Shown here: one piece after another, positions 9,507-20,013 of the stretch
Numbering within the stretch: position 1 is the first letter of the stretch
How the letters are laid out: each line of letters opens with the position of its first letter
Assembly: GCA_038245295.1 (NCBI GenBank)
Contig: JBBRSP010000014.1
Coordinates: 64,001 to 128,000 of the forward strand
Direction: 5' to 3'
Origin: Candidatus Binatia bacterium
GTDB lineage: Bacteria > Desulfobacterota > Binatia > HRBIN30
Length of the DNA stretch: 64,000 nt
The notes under the pieces: generated by a model
Database searches by the model: none
Seen by the model: only the letters and a program-made list of their open reading frames with translations
Told to the model about the DNA's origin: nothing
Translations under genes and position numbers: made by a program

Positions 9507-9524
9507 CGTTGCACCTCTGCAACG
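9507..9524. promoter_or_regulatory. Palindrome resembling an enhancer-binding-protein site
   Basis: CGTTGCA-cctc-TGCAACG upstream of the HK / sigma54 regulator pair. Confidence 0.4.
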
Positions 9525-9623
9525 CCCCAGGTGCGCCGCTTGTCGAGCCAATCGATCGAGCGTTATGAGGTGGCACGGTCCCGAACTTGCTCCTGTTGCC
9601 AGCATGACAATGCAGGTTGAACG

Positions 9624-10580
9624 ATGAGCCGACGCCTTTTGCATCCGCTGACGCTGGCCGCCTTTGGCTTTTCCACGGGCGTCTTCGATGCCGTGCTGTT
9701 GCGTAGCCTCGGACTGGTATTCACCGTTGGATCTCACGATGCGACGGCCATTGTCGGCCTCTACTTTGGTATTTCGTTCGCCGGGCTCGGTCTGCTCCTC
9801 GGGTACGTCATCGCTGGTCGGCGACGTGACGCGGAAGCCAACCGCACCATCGCGGCCCAGTTGACGGCTTTGCAAGCGGCCCAGGAGCGCTTGGCGCAAT
9901 CCGAGAAACTGGCGGCGCTTGGACAGCTCGCCGCCAGTATCGCTCACGAGGTACGCAACCCTCTGGCCGTCATCCGCTCGGCAACACAAGAGCTGGCCGA
10001 GACGGCGCCCAGCGATGCCAATCAGGTCACCCAGGCCAGCCGCTTTGTCCTCGAAGAGATCGATCGCCTCAACAACGTGATCTCCTCGCTGCTTACGTTC
10101 GCCCGACCGCCTCAGTTGAACGCCAAGAGAATCGACCTCACGGATATCCTCACACGTGCCATCGACCTGTCGAACCATCAACTACGCGCTAAGCATATCC
10201 GGGTCGATGTCGAGGCGACGTGCCGCGAGGCACAACTGTACGGTGACCCAGACCTGCTGACGCAGGCCTTCGTTGGTTTGCTGAGCAACGCCGCCAGCGT
10301 CGTGCCGCCGGACGGTCGCGTGACCGTCGCAGCGCGGCGTCAGGATGCTGCCGTCGAAGTGGACATCACCGACAGCGGCCCAGGCGTGCCAGTCGAGCTG
10401 CGCAAGCGCATCTTCGAACCCTTCTTCACGACGCGCAGCGAAGGCACGGGGCTCGGCCTCGCCATCATCCGTCAGATCATCGAAGCCCACGCCGGCAGCA
10501 TCCAGGTCACCGACAGTCGCAGCGGCGCCTGCTTCCGCTTGCGCCTTCCCGCCGCGGCGGCGTCGCTGGCAGGCGCCTGA
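9624..10580 (+). CDS. Sensor histidine kinase
   Basis: Two TM helices, IAHEVRNPL, LLSNA, DSGPG, FEPFFTT, GTGLGL. Confidence 0.93.
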   Translation: MSRRLLHPLTLAAFGFSTGVFDAVLLRSLGLVFTVGSHDATAIVGLYFGISFAGLGLLLGYVIAGRRRDAEANRTIAAQLTALQAAQERLAQSEKLAALGQLAASIAHEVRNPLAVIRSATQELAETAPSDANQVTQASRFVLEEIDRLNNVISSLLTFARPPQLNAKRIDLTDILTRAIDLSNHQLRAKHIRVDVEATCREAQLYGDPDLLTQAFVGLLSNAASVVPPDGRVTVAARRQDAAVEVDITDSGPGVPVELRKRIFEPFFTTRSEGTGLGLAIIRQIIEAHAGSIQVTDSRSGACFRLRLPAAAASLAGA

Positions 10581-10583
10581 ATC

Positions 10584-11927
10584 ATGCAGCCGCACATTCT
10601 CATCGTCGACGACGAAGCGAAGATGGCTGAGGTCATCGCCATGGCGCTCACCCGCACTGGGTATGACTGCGTGACGTGCACCGACGGCGAAGCGGCCATG
10701 GCACGTTTCGAGTCGGACGGAGCCGATGCCGTAATCACCGACTGGAAGATGCCGGGGATGGACGGCATTGAGCTCATGCGCCGCTTACACGCGTTGCGCC
10801 CACAACTGCCCGTGATCGTGCTGACGGCGCATGGGAGTGTGCCCTCGGCGGTCGCCGCGATGCGCGACGGCGCTTTCGACTACGTCACGAAACCCTTCGA
10901 TAACAACGAACTAAAGGCGGTTTTGGCGCGCGCCCTGCGGATGCAAACCCTCGAACGCGAAAATCTGTATCTGCGGCAGGAGATCGCCAGCCGCTACACG
11001 CCTGACGCAATCGTCGCCGCCAGCCCGCGCAGCCGCGAAGTCCTCGATCTCGTTCGCCGCGTCGCCCCCAGTCGTGCGAGTGTGTTGATTCAAGGCGAGA
11101 GCGGCACCGGCAAGGAGCTCGTGGCGCGCCTACTGCATTACTGGAGTGACCGCGTCGGCGAGCCATTCGTGGCGATCAACTGCAAGGCATTTGCCGAGGG
11201 TGTCCTCGAGAGCGAGCTCTTCGGGCACGAAAAGGGCGCGTTCACCGGGGCCAGCTCGACGCGGGTCGGCTGCTTCGAGCGCGCCAATAGCGGCACGCTG
11301 TTTCTCGACGAGATCGGCGAAGTCAGCGTCGAGTTCCAGGCCAAGCTGTTGCGTGTCTTGCAAGAAGGCGAAGTCTTGCCGGTCGGCGGCAACCGCGCCC
11401 GCAAGATCAACGTGCGGGTCGTGGCGGCAACCAATCGTAAGCTGACGGAAGAAATGGCAGCGGGCCGTTTTCGCGAAGATTTGTTCTTTCGCCTTAACGT
11501 CATTCCGGTGCAGCTGCCGACGTTGCGCGAACGCAAAGAGGACATCCTGCCCCTGGCGCAGCACTTCCTGGCGCGCTTCGCGGCGGAGGCGTCGCGGCCG
11601 CTGTCGTTCAGCGCCGAGGTAGAGGCGGCCCTCGTCGCTCACGAGTGGCGCGGCAATGTTCGTGAGCTCGAGAACACGATCGAGCGGGCCGTCGTATTGT
11701 GTCGCGGCGCCGAGATCCAACCGGAGGACCTCCTCCTCACGGCGATGCCCGGCGCGGGAGTTGTTGCCAGTGGCGGCGACTTGCAGTCCGTCCTCGATCA
11801 AGCCACCGCGGCGCGCATTCGCAGCGCTCTACAAGCCACCAATGGTCAGCGCGCCGAGGCAGCCAAAGTCCTCGGCATCGAGCGCACGACCTTGTACCGA
11901 TTGATGCGCAAGCTGGGGATTCAGTGA
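10584..11927 (+). CDS. Sigma54-dependent response regulator (NtrC family)
   Basis: [51 protein letters not shown]. Confidence 0.95.
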   Translation: MQPHILIVDDEAKMAEVIAMALTRTGYDCVTCTDGEAAMARFESDGADAVITDWKMPGMDGIELMRRLHALRPQLPVIVLTAHGSVPSAVAAMRDGAFDYVTKPFDNNELKAVLARALRMQTLERENLYLRQEIASRYTPDAIVAASPRSREVLDLVRRVAPSRASVLIQGESGTGKELVARLLHYWSDRVGEPFVAINCKAFAEGVLESELFGHEKGAFTGASSTRVGCFERANSGTLFLDEIGEVSVEFQAKLLRVLQEGEVLPVGGNRARKINVRVVAATNRKLTEEMAAGRFREDLFFRLNVIPVQLPTLRERKEDILPLAQHFLARFAAEASRPLSFSAEVEAALVAHEWRGNVRELENTIERAVVLCRGAEIQPEDLLLTAMPGAGVVASGGDLQSVLDQATAARIRSALQATNGQRAEAAKVLGIERTTLYRLMRKLGIQ

Positions 11928-11967
11928 CTCTTGAGCCCTCTCCCGGTGTTGGTAGGGCGTCGCCAGA

Positions 11968-12741
11968 TCACTCCCCGTGGTCCGGCCGCCACGCTCCCGA
12001 CGCGTAGCGCTCGAGGCCGCCGAACATCTCGCCCGACGCCAAGCTGGTCATGCCATGCCGGTACTCGCCCAACAGTGCTTCGGCGAGACTCAAGGACCAT
12101 TGCTCGTACGACGATAGACGATCGCCGCGCAGCGCCGCCTGCGGCCGCGACGCAATCTCATGCGCCAGGGCGATCGCTTCAGGCAAGGCGCGGCCCGGGG
12201 GAACGAGACGGTTGGCGAGACCCATGCGCAGCGCCTCCGCACCGGAGACGCCGCGGCCGGTGAGGATGAGGTCGAGGGCATGGCTGTGGCCGATGAGTCG
12301 CGCCAGGCGGATCGTTCCGCCGTCCATCAGCGGAATTCCCCAACGCCGACAGAAGACGCCAAAGATCGCATCCTCCGCCGCGACGCGAAGATCACACCAC
12401 GCGGCAACTTCCAGACCGCCAGCAACGGCGTGGCCTTCGACCGCGGCGATCACCGGCTTGCCGAGCAGCATACGCGTCGGGCCGACTGGGCCGTCGCCAT
12501 CCGGCAAAACGCGAGTGACGCGCTCGGGGTCGCCGCCGCGCATCGCCTTGAGGTCAGCGCCGCAACAGAATTTGCCGTTGGCGCCGGTGAGAACGGCAAC
12601 AGAGAGTGAAGCGTCGGCATCGAAGCGTCGGAACGCATCGGCGAGGGCGTCCGCCGTCGGGCGATCGATTGCATTGCCAACCTCGGGCCGATCGATGGTG
12701 ACGACGACGATTGGGCCATCCGGTTCATAGTGAATACTCAT
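11968..12741 (-). CDS. Enoyl-CoA hydratase / crotonase family protein
   Basis: FCCGADLK, KPVIAAVEGHAVAGGLE, GVFCRRWGIPLMDGGT. Confidence 0.93.
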   Translation of the reverse strand: MSIHYEPDGPIVVVTIDRPEVGNAIDRPTADALADAFRRFDADASLSVAVLTGANGKFCCGADLKAMRGGDPERVTRVLPDGDGPVGPTRMLLGKPVIAAVEGHAVAGGLEVAAWCDLRVAAEDAIFGVFCRRWGIPLMDGGTIRLARLIGHSHALDLILTGRGVSGAEALRMGLANRLVPPGRALPEAIALAHEIASRPQAALRGDRLSSYEQWSLSLAEALLGEYRHGMTSLASGEMFGGLERYASGAWRPDHGE

Positions 12742-13208
12742 CGAGTGTTTCCTCCGCAGCGCGGTCTACGACAGTGCGTCGGCCGATGAAACCATCCGAA
12801 TCGTTATCAAGGAGTGCTCTCCCAGACCGTCGTCCCGACGAAGGCTGAGCACCGGTGGTTGGACCCGCGCCGCGATCCCTCCGACGCGGGATTATCAGGC
12901 GTGCTGAGGACAATGCAGGGCTGGGCCGCCGTTTCCAACGCTCCAGGAAGCCCCAGGATCGACGATCTCGGGTCGGGGTAGGTCCACCTAGCCACACAAA
13001 CTCAACGTTTTTTGGCGTTTCGGTTCGTTCAGCCGTGTTGGATGGCTGATTTCGTTACGGAATTTCTCGGCGTCCGAGCTCGCTGGCTTGCCCGTCAGAA
13101 CGGATTGCCCCGCCCTCCCTCAATCTCACAGCACCTCGCATTGCAGACCGCGGCCCCGTGGGCGGGCGTTCGGACTCACGTCCCGACTCGGGCCGGCGGA
13201 GCGCGCGA

Positions 13209-13640
13209 TCAGGACTTACCGTAGTCGACGGTGAGCCAATGCTCCGGCTTGATCACAACGATGATCTCCTCGGCGCGCTGTTCGGCCGTCATCTTCAAGA
13301 AGGCTTCGCCACCGCGTTCGCCGAGATACCGATGCGCCATCTGGCGCATGTCGCGCTCGAAGTTCACGGCGTCGAAGGTCACCGGCCCTTCGACGCTGAC
13401 GTATTTGTAGGGTGCCTTCTCCGCCTGCACACACAAACTGGCGCGACCGGCATCGCGCAGCAGCAGGGCTTTCTTCGATGAACCGTGGGTCGAGATGCGA
13501 ATCACTCCGCCGGCTTCGTACGTGTACCACACCGGCACCGCCAGCGGGGCGCGGCCGGGATGGTTGACGCTGAGCACCGCGACGCGCGTGTCGGCGAGAA
13601 ACGCTTCGCGTGCCGCCCGGGTCATCGAAAATTGCGCCAT
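13209..13640 (-). CDS. Pyridoxamine 5'-phosphate oxidase-like (PPOX class, putatively F420-dependent) protein
   Basis: AVPVWYTYE, SKKALL, SLCVQAEKAPYKYVSVEG, PEHWLTVDY. Confidence 0.8.
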   Translation of the reverse strand: MAQFSMTRAAREAFLADTRVAVLSVNHPGRAPLAVPVWYTYEAGGVIRISTHGSSKKALLLRDAGRASLCVQAEKAPYKYVSVEGPVTFDAVNFERDMRQMAHRYLGERGGEAFLKMTAEQRAEEIIVVIKPEHWLTVDYGKS

Positions 13641-13650
13641 GCTTCCTCCG

Positions 13651-14799
13651 TTAGGCCAAGCCCATACGCTTGGCGATGATCACCTTCATGATCTCGTTCG
13701 TGCCGGCGTAGATGCTCTGCACGGCCGCATCCGCATAGTCCATCGAGATCGGGTATTCCTTCATAAAGCCGTAGCCGCCGTGCAGTTGCAAACACTCGCC
13801 CGTGACACGCTTCTGCAGATCGGTTGTCCACCACTTGGCCATGCTGACTTCCTTGACGATCTCTTCGCCGCGCACATGCGCCGCCAACAGTTTGTCGACG
13901 AAGGCCTGCCCGACTTCGATCTCGGTCGCCAACTCGGCCAGCTTGAACTGCGTGTTCTGGAAACTGGCGATCGATTGGCCGAAGGCTTTGCGTTGGCGAC
14001 AGTACTCGATGGTGTCGTCAAGCGCCCGCCGGCACGACGCAATCGACGCCACACCGATACAGATGCGCTCCTGTTGCAGCTTCTCCATCAGCATCTTGAA
14101 GCCCTGCCCTTCCTTGCCGAGGATGTTCTCGACCGGGACAATGCAATCTTCGAAATGCAGCTCGCTGGTGTCCTGACCACGCAATCCGAGCTTATCGAGC
14201 TTCCGGCCACGCTGAAAACCGGGGCTGTTCGCCTCGACGAGGATCAAGCTCACACCCTTGTGCGCCGGCTTGGCATTCGGGTCGGTCTTGCAGACGACGA
14301 CGAACAGATCGGCGATCTGGCCGTTCGAGATGAACGTCTTGGAACCGTTCAGTACGTAATGATCACCCTGGCGTAGGGCGCGTGTCTGAACGTTGGCCAA
14401 ATCCGAGCCGGTACCCGGCTCCGTCATCGCCACGCCCATCACACATTCACCGCTGATCGCCTTGGTCAGGTACTTCTGCTTCTGCGCCTCGGTGCCGTAC
14501 GAAGTGATGTAGGGCATGCAGATGTCCGAGTGCAACGAGATCATCATCCCATGAGCGCGCATGTAGGCGAGCTCTTCCATGATGATGGCATCATAAAGAA
14601 AGTCGACGCCCGAGCCGCCGTATTCGGCTGGCGCGTTGGCGCCGAGAAAGCCTTCTTCGCCGGCGCGCCGCCAGGTGGCGCGGTCACTCATACCGCGCTC
14701 GTTCCACTCGCCGATCTTCGGCTCGATCTCCTTTGCCGCAAAGCGTTTGAACTGCTCGCGGAAAAGCTCGTGTTCTTCTGTGAAGATGTCTCGTTTCAT
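13651..14799 (-). CDS. Acyl-CoA dehydrogenase (long-chain type)
   Basis: AMTEPGTGSDL, NGSKTFISNG, QDTSELHF, LQLHGGYG, IYAGTNEIM; start MKRDIF at 14799. Confidence 0.95.
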   Translation of the reverse strand: MKRDIFTEEHELFREQFKRFAAKEIEPKIGEWNERGMSDRATWRRAGEEGFLGANAPAEYGGSGVDFLYDAIIMEELAYMRAHGMMISLHSDICMPYITSYGTEAQKQKYLTKAISGECVMGVAMTEPGTGSDLANVQTRALRQGDHYVLNGSKTFISNGQIADLFVVVCKTDPNAKPAHKGVSLILVEANSPGFQRGRKLDKLGLRGQDTSELHFEDCIVPVENILGKEGQGFKMLMEKLQQERICIGVASIASCRRALDDTIEYCRQRKAFGQSIASFQNTQFKLAELATEIEVGQAFVDKLLAAHVRGEEIVKEVSMAKWWTTDLQKRVTGECLQLHGGYGFMKEYPISMDYADAAVQSIYAGTNEIMKVIIAKRMGLA

Positions 14800-14944
14800 G
14801 GTTCTGCCTTTCTTACCTGTCATTGCGGCGGAGGCGCAAATCCACCCTTCATCGGACGCAACAATTTCACCCGCGTCCCGGCCGTCACCGCGACGACGCA
14901 TCTGATATGAGGGCCAGCGCACGTCCACCACAGGGGAGAAGCCG

Positions 14945-15346
14945 ATGCCGACCGATCATCCAAACGCCACACGCATCAAGCGCCTGTTCGAAGCCTTTCG
15001 CAGCGCCGATCTAGCAACGATTGAAGAGATGATTCCAGAGGACGCCGTCTGGCGTTTTCCCGGGCGCCACGGCCAGATCGCCGGCGAACACCGTGGCCGT
15101 CAGGCAATCCTCGGTTTTCTGCTTCAGGTACAATCCCTCACCAGCGGAACCTTCCATCTCAGTCTACTCGATGTCCTGGCCAACGATCACTGGGCGGTGG
15201 CGCTGTTCGTCGGCCATGCCGAACGCGATGGCAAGACACTCGACAATCCCACCTGCCTGCGCATGCGCCTCGATGCCGACGGGCGTGTCGTCGAGGTATG
15301 GGAGTTTGTCTGGGACCTGTGGAGCGTCGACGAGTTCTGGAGATAG
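14945..15346 (+). CDS. SnoaL / NTF2-like protein
   Basis: RLFEAF..DL, DAVWRFPG..IAGEHRG, DGRVVEVW..DEFW; GGAG RBS. Confidence 0.85.
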   Translation: MPTDHPNATRIKRLFEAFRSADLATIEEMIPEDAVWRFPGRHGQIAGEHRGRQAILGFLLQVQSLTSGTFHLSLLDVLANDHWAVALFVGHAERDGKTLDNPTCLRMRLDADGRVVEVWEFVWDLWSVDEFWR

Positions 15347-15370
15347 CCGACACAACGCGCGACACGAACC

Positions 15371-18300
15371 TCACCCAACCGCCGGGTCCCGCGGCCTGCC
15401 GCCGGCGTTGAGTTCGACGAAGAGTTCACAGCCGAGCGGACGCAAAACGGCCCGGGCTTCCGCGAGTGCGCTGGTTCGCCGCTCGGCGGAACGCGCCAGG
15501 CTTGCCTGATCGAGGTGAACCAGGGCCTGCTCCAGGGGCATATGTAAACGTGTCGCAATCGCCAGACTGCGTTGCCACGCCCGCTGCGCCGCGGCTTCAT
15601 GCCCAGCCGCCGCCGACAGGCGAGCTCGAGCCCGATGAAAGGCCGGAGCAGCGATCGGAAACAAGAGCGCGAAGCGCCGCAGCGTCTGCATCGCCAGGCG
15701 AAGTTCGGGCGTCACATCACCACCCGCCTGGCGCAGCCAGAAGAGCACCTCCGCCGCTGCGGCGACACCATCGACACACTGCCCCGTCGCCGGCCATTCG
15801 CCGCGATTCAGGCGACCGGTCAGGCGGCGACAGGCGGCGGTCGCCACGGCGGTGTTACCGCAATGAAGCGCGGCGCGGGCCAGCGTGCCGTCCAACATCA
15901 CGTTGGAGAGCGTGTCCGGAAGGTGTTCGATCAAATCCTTTGCCGCGCTGGCGAGGGCGAACGCCTGCGCCGCCTCGCCGCGCGCGAGCAACGACCGCGC
16001 TGACATGAATTTGGCCCAGCCGACATGCTGAGCGTTCGAGCGGCGCGACGCCATGCGGCGAACGTGCTCGATCTGCTCGTCGGCACCGACGACATCGCCG
16101 GCATAGTAGAACCCATGTGCCGCGATCGTCCGCGAGATCTCCGCCTCGTGGGCATCACTGATCGACTCGAACAGCTCGGCCGCTTCGATCCCCAAGGCGC
16201 GTGTCTCTTGCCAACGCGCCAACCCAACGCAGTGCATCGCCTCCAGGTAGAGAGCCAGGGCGCGGCCGCGCGTATCGCCGCGCCTGCGTGCCACGCGTTG
16301 CGCTTGCCCAAAATAATGTCGCGCGACGGTGCCGGCGCGCGCCGTGCCGAACACAAATCCCAGGTTGGCGTACGATTGCACAGTCGCCGCATCGGCGCCG
16401 CAGCGCTCGGCTGCCGCCAGACCACGCAGGATCGCCGCCAAGGTGCGCGTCGGGTCTCCCGCAAAGAAGTAGAGGGTCGACAACTGGTTCCAGGCCAGGG
16501 AAGCCTCAAGCACGACTTCCGAGGCTTCGCGGGACAACACCGGACGCCAACGCTGCGGCACAGCCAGGCCGACGACGCGACGGCCCGAAGCGCCTAACAC
16601 GGCGCGTAATGCGCCGAGGCGCGATTCCGGGGGAGGCTTGCCGAGGCCGCGCAGCGCCTGCTCTGCATAAGCGATACTCTCGGATAGGTCGGCAACACCG
16701 AACGCAGCTACGCTAAGCATGCGCTGGCGCCGGGGTTGGCTGATGGCAGACGCGGGCGGCGCCGCCACCTCAGAGGCGCGCTGCAGCGCGGCGTAGGCTT
16801 CACCATACGCGCCGGCCCGCAGCGCGTATTCGCCGGCAAGATCAAACTAATGCGTTACGCGCTCGCCGTCGCCTGCCACAAACCAATGATGTGCCAATTG
16901 TGATGACAGGCCCTCCATCTCAGGCCGCCCGGCGTGGCGGGCCTCCAAAAGACGCGCGGCGCGCTCATGCAACTCCGGACGTCGTTGCGGCGATAGCTCG
17001 GCGTAGGCAACTTCGCGCAGTTGATCGTGCGAGAATCGCAGTTTGCCGTCGCCGGCATCGTCGAAGATTTGCCCCGCACCAGGGTCGACAGGACCTCCAG
17101 CTCGCGATCCCCGTCGAGCGACGCCAGCTGACGGAGCGCCGCCGCATCGAGCTCGCGACCAAACACGGAGGCGGCCTGCACCACGTCCAACACGCCGGGC
17201 GGCAAGCGGCGCAGGCGGTCCAGAATGAGATTCTTCACGTTGCCCGGCAGCCAGAGAGCCACCGGCTCGCCGAAGGGACGTGGCCGCATCTGCCAATGGC
17301 CGCGGTCGCGCTGCAGAACCTCCGTCGCCACCGCAGCGCGCAGATACTCCCCGACAAAGAGTGGGTTGCCTTCGCATCGTTGCAGTAGTGCCTCCATCAG
17401 GTCGGCGGGCGGACGGGCGACCGCAAGCATGGCGCCGACCATCGTCGTGAGGCTTTGCGTATCCAGGCGTCCGAGCTCCAGCAGCGTCGCACCCGGACTC
17501 GCGGCCAGCCGTTCGACGGCCGGCGTGGCTTCACCGCTGCGATAGGTGCCCAGAAATACTGCCGGCATCTCGGCGGCGGCCCCGGCCGCCAGCGAGCTGA
17601 GGGCGGCAATCGACAAATCGTCCGCCCACTGCAGGTCATCGATCACCATCAAGGTTGGGGTGCGACGCATGAACGCGGCGATCGTTTCGATCAAGTCCGA
17701 CAGTATGCGCGCCCTTGCCGCTTCACCATCCAGAGACTCGGGCTCCGGCTGGGAGTCGAAACCCGGCACCGAGGCTAGTGACGATTCAAAGGCGGCCAGA
17801 GTGCGGGCCCGCGGGCCGAGAATTTCAGCCGTAGCGGCAGCGCCGCCATAGCGGCAATCGTCAGCAATCGCGCGCAACAGCGGCACGAACGGGTGTAGCG
17901 CCGCGCCGTGCACCTCCGGACCTCCGGCGTTGGAACGGATTGGCAGGCACTCGCCCGTCAGCACCCGCATGTGCGATTCGGTGGCCCGGCGCGTCGCCTC
18001 CATGGCAAAGCGTGTCTTCCCGACGCCGCTCTCCCCAGCCACCATCGCCACGCCACCGCGCCCCCGGCCAGCCTCGGCAAACAGGCCGTCCATCGTTGCC
18101 AGTGGATCGTTACGGCCGACGAAGCCGGCCCGATACAGGTAGGTCGGGGCAACTGTCGGATCGTCGTAGCCGCGTTCGCCGCTCATCTGTCGCAGCGCGG
18201 CAGCAATGTCCGAGGCGTAGCCCGGCCGCTCTGCCGGCTCATTGTGGAGCAGCGATAGGACGAGATCCTCGAGTGGGCGCGGCACATCGGCGAAGCACGA

Positions 18301-19005
18301 CGGTCGCGGAGCGGCGGCGCGTGCCCGCCCAGTCCAGAGATCCCGCTCGGCCAGAGTGAACGGCAGACGCGCCGTCAGCGCCTCGTACATCATGATGCCG
18401 ACAGAAAAGAGATCCGAGCGGGCATCGACATATTCGCCGCGAAACTGTTCTGGCGACATGTAGATGGGCGTGCCGTAGATGAGCCCGCCCGCCTCGAGCG
18501 ACTCGCGTGAGACGGCGCCCGCAAAGTGGCTGGCGAAGCCGAAATCGACCAGCACTGGCTCATCGTTCGGGCGCAACATCACATTCGCCGGTTTGAGGTC
18601 GCGGTGCACCACCCCTTCGCCATGGAGAAAGGCAAGCGTATCGCACAGCCGCGCAAACAGCCTCGTGACGCGGGACGGCTCGACCGCATCGCGGCCAGCG
18701 TTCCAGCGTTCCTCAAGCGTCGGTTCCTCGAGTAGCTCCATGGCGTACCACGGCAGACCGTCCTCCACACCGTGATCCAGGATGGACACAACGCCAGAAT
18801 GGCGGACACACGCCAGCGTGTAGATCTCGCGCCGCAGACATTCGAGATCTTCCCGATGCCGCGAGAACAAGGCCTTGAGCGCCACCGGCCGCTCAACATC
18901 GGGGTGGACCGCGCGGTACACGACGCCGCCGGCGCCCTGCGAGATCCTTGCAGTTATTCGATACGGTCCGACCGAAGACGGCAAGGGAACTTCGGAATCG
19001 ATCAT
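15371..19005 (-). pseudogene. Ser/Thr kinase + AAA ATPase + TPR-like protein, broken by a frameshift (~17073) and an in-frame TAG (16847-16849)
   Basis: Kinase HRDLKPAN/DFG/GTPIYMSPE; ATPase GESGVGKT, DDLQWAD, GNPLF; continuation RFSHDQLREVAY is in another frame; 26 sense codons after the TAG join ORF 15371-16768 in frame. Confidence 0.85.
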
Positions 19006-19047
19006 GCTTACCGCGATCTTAGCGCCGGGCTTGCGGCACGCACCCGA

Positions 19048-20013
19048 TCAGATCTCCTGGCCGGTGAGTCGCAGATCCACCGTCACATGAACGCACACGG
19101 GAAGGTGCTGCCGCGTTTCGATCCCAAGCGTATCGGCGAGACGCAAGCTCGCATACGGCTCGACAACCAGGTCGCGCCCGAACAACGTCGCCACAGGATG
19201 AACATCGGGCGCGGCGCGAAACTCGAACTGCGCGCCGACGACCTCCTGGTAGCAGACAGGGTCGCCTCCCGTCTCGGCGGCGCTGCGGAATTGCTTGAGA
19301 AAGACCAGCCGCAGGCGATCGAATCCGGTTACGTCCGTCACCAATTCACCCAACTCGATCCCGAGCGTATCCAGAACCGACTCGATCAAATTTTGGGTGA
19401 TGTTCTCCGTCGTGTCGGCGACCTCCTCCGCCAGCGTCTTGCCGAGGAGCTTGGTCATTAGTCCCGCCGTGCCACTCTGCTTGACCGCCAGAACCGTCTC
19501 TTCGGTCGCCGGCTTGTTTGGGTCGTACTCGCGGAACACCAAGGACTCGACGCTGAAGACGACGTCAGGCGCGTGCCAGGCGATGCGACCGAGGATCTTT
19601 GGGAAACCAAAGATCTCGCGGCCCATGATCACGCCGGCGGGATTGTCGACCCACAAAAAGGGGTTGAGCAGATGGATGCCGCGATCGACGCCGTCGACCG
19701 TCAACTTGACAGGAACGAATACAGCCACATCGCGCTCGCTGATAAAGCCCTTCTTGGCGTCCTCGGGATCCTCCGAGCGGATCTTTGGGAAGCTGGCGCA
19801 GGCAAGGACGGCAAGGCAGCGATCGCCCGCACTTGGCCATGGCGTCGCGATGACCCGTCCGCCCGACGGCACCTGAATTCGCTCGTCACACAACTTCTGC
19901 ACATGTGAGCGCGAAGCCCGGAACGGGAAGACAAACAAATCGGCGCCATCAATCAGGACGGGCTGGCGATGACACCAGTCGCCGTCACAACGCACGAACA
20001 CTGCGTCACTCAT
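19048..20013 (-). CDS. Acetoacetate decarboxylase-like superfamily protein
   Basis: PFLWVDNPAGVIMGREIFGFPK motif with the Schiff-base-type Lys; LVFLKQFR; ATGA overlap with upstream gene. Confidence 0.75.
   Translation of the reverse strand: MSDAVFVRCDGDWCHRQPVLIDGADLFVFPFRASRSHVQKLCDERIQVPSGGRVIATPWPSAGDRCLAVLACASFPKIRSEDPEDAKKGFISERDVAVFVPVKLTVDGVDRGIHLLNPFLWVDNPAGVIMGREIFGFPKILGRIAWHAPDVVFSVESLVFREYDPNKPATEETVLAVKQSGTAGLMTKLLGKTLAEEVADTTENITQNLIESVLDTLGIELGELVTDVTGFDRLRLVFLKQFRSAAETGGDPVCYQEVVGAQFEFRAAPDVHPVATLFGRDLVVEPYASLRLADTLGIETRQHLPVCVHVTVDLRLTGQEI

Noticed and set aside
16847..16849. Pyrrolysine readthrough of the in-frame TAG
   Set aside because: Tyr fits the context, a second lesion is 225 nt away and no pyl genes are present
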